A DNA stretch of 64,000 nt from assembly GCF_009914755.1 (NCBI RefSeq), contig NC_060925.1. The stretch is one strand, 5' to 3'. Numbering within the stretch: position 1 is the first letter of the stretch; each line of letters opens with the position of its first letter. This stretch comes from the human T2T-CHM13v2.0 reference genome, Homo sapiens. The notes below the pieces were generated by a model that saw only the letters and a program-made list of their open reading frames with translations, made no database searches and was not told where the DNA came from. Made by a program: the position numbers and the translations under genes. This document shows, piece by piece, positions 54,904-64,000 of this stretch.

Positions 54904-55824
54904 TAGTCAAAGAAGCCTCACTTTTAGTAATGGTGCAATAGCTTGATTGAACTTACTCTCTTGCAGATAAAAAATAGTAAAATCTTCACAAAATATAAAA
55001 AACTTAAGGTACTAAAGAATGACCCAAAGCAGTCAAACAGCGGTGAGAAGTGGCCCTTGCACCAGTAAAGATCTTTTATTGTGATCTCAGATTTTTTTCT
55101 CATTTATTAATTCACTGCAAGAAGCCAGCTAGTCTCTGCTAAACCTCTAGGACTGGAGTTTGTTCATTCCCTCCCATGTCCTGGCCTTCCTTGAATCTTC
55201 TTTTCCTTATGGACCTAGGATCTCTATGTTCCTGCTTCATTGGCCAAATCCCTGGCCCTAGTAACATGGCCCTTGCCCCGACTGTGGTTGTTTTTTTCTT
55301 TTTTTCTTTTTTTTTTTAAACTTAATGGTAATTTTATTTTTCTAACAGCTTTATTGAGATGTGATTCACATATGAAAATCATACATATTTGAGATGTACA
55401 GCTTGATGTTTTGGTATTGCAGCGTGCTGTTCTTAACAACTCAAATGACAGCCATCTTTCTTTTCTACACACATGGCGACTTGGCCTCTGAGATCCACAA
55501 TACCAAATTAGCACAGCTGACATGTATATCTGACAAATGACTGATATGCAGAATATTTAAGGAACTGCTTCAAATCAAAAAGAAAAGATAGACATTCAGT
55601 AGAAAAAAATGGGCAAAAGACTTGAACAAGCACTTTTAAAAAGACAATATCTGAATGTGTTTAATAAACATGTAAGTATGTTCTCTGCATCATATTGAAG
55701 GTCAATGACCTATAAGACCTTACCTCTTTTATACCTCTTTGACTTCTTCCCCTATTGCTTTCTGCCCTTCTTATAACAGCTATAACTATAATTCCATCTA
55801 CATCTCTTGGATGCTTGCTGATTT

Positions 55825-56225
<401 letters not shown>

Positions 56226-57169
56226 TGAATTCACTGTTCCTTCTGTCTTCGATGCTCTTCCCTGAGATAATGTCATAGCTATCTCCTTTTTTCAAGTCTT
56301 TGCTCAAATATCACCTTTTTGGTGAACTCTTACCTGGAAGTCCCTCTAAAATTACTAACAACCCATTACCACCATCGGACACTCCTATATCCCTTCCCTT
56401 AGCACTCATTACCTAACATACTAACTGTGTTATTTATTTAGCTTGTTTACTACCTGTTTCTCCATCTAAAATGAGTGCCATGTGTGCATAGATTGTTGTC
56501 TGGGTTTTTTCCTTTTTGTTACTTCTGCAATATTTAGAACAGTGACTGACACATATCAGGCACTCAATAATTATTTGCTGAATTTCTCAATGTCTCGATT
56601 TGGCATAAGGATTTCATTTTCCCATGGTATATTTTCTTCCGTGGATTGATGGGCTAGTACTAATTTGCACGGGTGTCTTGGTGATTCACAATCATGGTTT
56701 TAATGTCCCAGTCCCCTTTGGCTACAGGAGGTATTTGATCCTAGGTGACTAAGGCAGAAATAAATAGAATGTGTAGGACTCCTCTGGTGTAAAAAGTCAT
56801 GGGTTCCAAAAGTTCATTTATAAGTCAATTGTTTGGACATCCTGAACTTATTTTCAGAACACGATTGGGCACAGCTAGTTAACTGCAGGGAGGCCTGAGG
56901 AGACTGGAAGGTGCCAGAACCTGGAACCAGATCTGCCCACTAGGACAGGACCAGCCCTGGAAGGACAGGAGCGGGTGCACTGGATTCTAAAGGTGTTCAG
57001 TGCAGCCGGCAGGGGACATTGCCCTGAAGGCAAGATTACAGGCAGCAGTCAGCATTAGAGAGGGCCCAGAGGAAATGGGGAGACCCTATTGGGAAGCAGA
57101 GTCTAGCAACTGGCAATGTAGGAGTAGTGATGGGCTGTTTACCAAAAACATCATTAGTGCAATAGTAAC

Positions 57170-58090
57170 TGCAAAACAGAGAAAATATTTGTAATTCATA
57201 TGTATCTGACAAATGACTCATATGCAGAATATTTAAGGAACTGCTTCAAATCAAAAAGAAAAAATAGACATTCAATAGAAAAAAATAACAAAAGACTTGA
57301 ACAAGCACTTTTAAAGAGACAATATCTGAATGTGTCTAATAAACATATAAGTATGTTCTCCACATCATTTGTAACCAGTCAAATGAAAGCCACAGTGAGA
57401 TTTCACTACACACCCACCAGAATGGCTAATATTAAAAAGACAGGCAATACCAAATGTTGGTAAAGATGTGGAACAACTGAAATTTTGTTATACTGCTGGT
57501 GGAAGTACAAATTGGTACAAATATTCTGTAAAATTATTGTTTTATCATTACTGAAACTCTCAGGTATGCTATATACTCAACAGAAATGTTGAGAAATGTG
57601 TGCGTACGAACACCGAAAGGCATGTTTGAGAATGTCCATAGCAGCATATTTTGTAATAGCATAATCTGCTTCCGATGCAGATGTTTATCAACAGAAGAAT
57701 AAACATATACATCGTGAAACTGTCATACAGTGGAATACTATTCAGCAATGAGAACAAACAAACCATTGCAACGCACAGCAATATGACAGACTCTTACAAG
57801 CCTAATATCAAGCAATAGATGTCAGATGCAAAGGAATACAAATAGCACGATTCTATCTATATAAAATTCAAACCCAGTAAGAATTAATCTATAATGAAGG
57901 GAATAATTTGTGCGGCAGAGATAGGTAGTTACTGGGAGGAGGCATAAGGGTTTCTGGGGTCACGGGAATGTTCTGTTTCTTGATTTGGGCAGTAAATACA
58001 CAGGTATGTTCATTTTGTGAAAACCATCAGGCTATAAACTATATATACTTTTCTGTATGTATGCTGTATTATAGTAGAATATGCATTTAA
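57170..58090 (+). mobile_element. L1M 3' portion
   Basis: cactacacacccaccagaatggctaatattaaaaagacaggcaataccaaatgttgg. Confidence 0.85.
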
Positions 58091-58669
58091 TTTTTTTAAA
58101 AGGCAATAAGTCATGGGATCAGCAGTAGGAAGCATCTTGGCATGTAGCATGACCCAAAATCCAAGCAGGGGTCAGGAGTTAGAAGCCACTTCAGGTAAGG
58201 GAGACTGATGAGAGTTATGCAGTACCACAACCCAGGAAGAGTTTGGGAGTTACATAGACAGGTTTTAGCCCAGACCATCTGAGCTGGTCGGGCTCAGTCT
58301 GCCACTTACTACCATGAGCCACCTAACCAACCTCTCTGGATCTCAGTTTTCTCATTTGCAAAATGAAGGTAATATGAAACTCTCCAGGTTTGCTTGGTAC
58401 AGAGAACAAGTTTAACAAATATTTGCTATTAATAATAATAGTCATTTTACCTCAGCAGGTGCAAGAAGGAGATTTAGTTACTGTGCCTGCAGTATAGAGT
58501 TCAAGCTTTAGGTCTCAGGAACAATATAGAAACCCGCTAATGTGAACCAGGGGTCAAAGTCAGAGCTGAACACATATTAAAAGGCACTCAAGTGACTTCC
58601 TGAGTCCTGGGCTAGAAATGTTCAAAATTCTGTAGGACAAATCTGCATCACACGAGGAGAGAGAAGAGA

Positions 58670-61505
<2,836 letters not shown>

Positions 61506-61599
61506 CTAGCCAGCACACAGAAGATGATGAAGTTTTCATGTTCCACATTACAATTCACAATCCTAAAAGATCTGTTCTCCTGCCTGCTATTTTTACCTC

Positions 61600-62813
<1,214 letters not shown>

Positions 62814-63582
62814 CTACAATATGGTGCCTCCCAGATATTCACTGGCTCCTGATTACCCAGCCTCAGAGTAAATCCTACTAATATTTCCTTGGAATGGCCT
62901 TCTGTCACAACTCAATGGGAAGTATGCCACCTAAACACTCTATCACATCACCCTGTAGTACTTCGATCACAGAATTTAAGACTCTCTGAAATAATCTTAT
63001 TCATTTATTTGTTTGCTTGCTTGTTTGTCCATCCCCCACCTGCAATGTCCGTGACTGTGGGTACCTTGTCACTCTTACAGCTGTATCTGTGGTATCTAGA
63101 ATAGTTCCCAGCACATGGTAGGTATACTTTTTTTTTAATTTAATGAATAATCTACAACATGCCTATATTGTGGAACTGATAAATGATGTCATATACTTAC
63201 CTCTATTCATCAAACACTTATTTTACCAAACACTAGTTCACTAGGAATTTAAAATGAAGCAGACATGTCCTTTGACTTTCCAATAACTCCCTGTGGATGT
63301 ATATTGTGCATAGAGGAGGGAAGAGCATAAACAAAAACTTTCCTACTGTGGGATAAATGCACTAATAGGAGGGTACATGAGAAGTATGGAAACGCGGGCT
63401 TGGGGTGCAGTGAATTCTACCTGGAGGGAGAGGGAGAAGCAGGTCCTGGAGAGCCACAAAGGACATTTTAGCTGCTCCTTGAAGAATGAGTTTCTAGCAA
63501 ATGGGTAAGGAGGTGAAGGGCAAGGATTGCACACAAAAGAAATAGCATAGTGGAAGAAATGCAAGTGCCCACTGACAGGTGA

Positions 63583-63972
<390 letters not shown>

Positions 63973-64000
63973 AGGTTACGATGGTAACTTTTTTGTTATA

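Noticed and set aside
56590-57150. Unique-looking segment with octamer-like, AP-1-like and MEF2-like words (possible enhancer)
   Set aside because: All motifs are imperfect and cannot be supported without chromatin or conservation data.

Overview
This is primate, almost certainly human, genomic DNA. Bases 1-33.5k hold the 5' part of HEATR1 (UTP10/BAP28, the HEAT-repeat t-UTP/UTP-A subunit of the SSU processome) on the minus strand. I mapped a non-coding exon 1 and 27 coding exons (2-28). All have GT-AG introns and consistent phases, and together they give 3948 nt (1316 codons); the gene continues off the left edge. A CpG-rich, TATA-less promoter lies at about 33.15-33.7k. Bases 33.7k-64k are intergenic and repeat-rich: many Alus, old L1/L2/MIR, DNA-transposon fossils, two LTR-internal-LTR MaLR (MLT1) proviruses, an MLT1A-like solo LTR and a ~420-bp (TTTC)n tract. 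Almost all non-HEATR1 ORFs in the track are Alu, L1, LTR or microsatellite translations. I see no convincing novel gene system. The best leads are a uORF in the HEATR1 leader, candidate recursive and poison splice sites, a perfect 18-bp hairpin at an L1 junction, a collapsed Alu with an inverted core, and local duplications. Repeat boundaries and subfamily calls are by eye and approximate.
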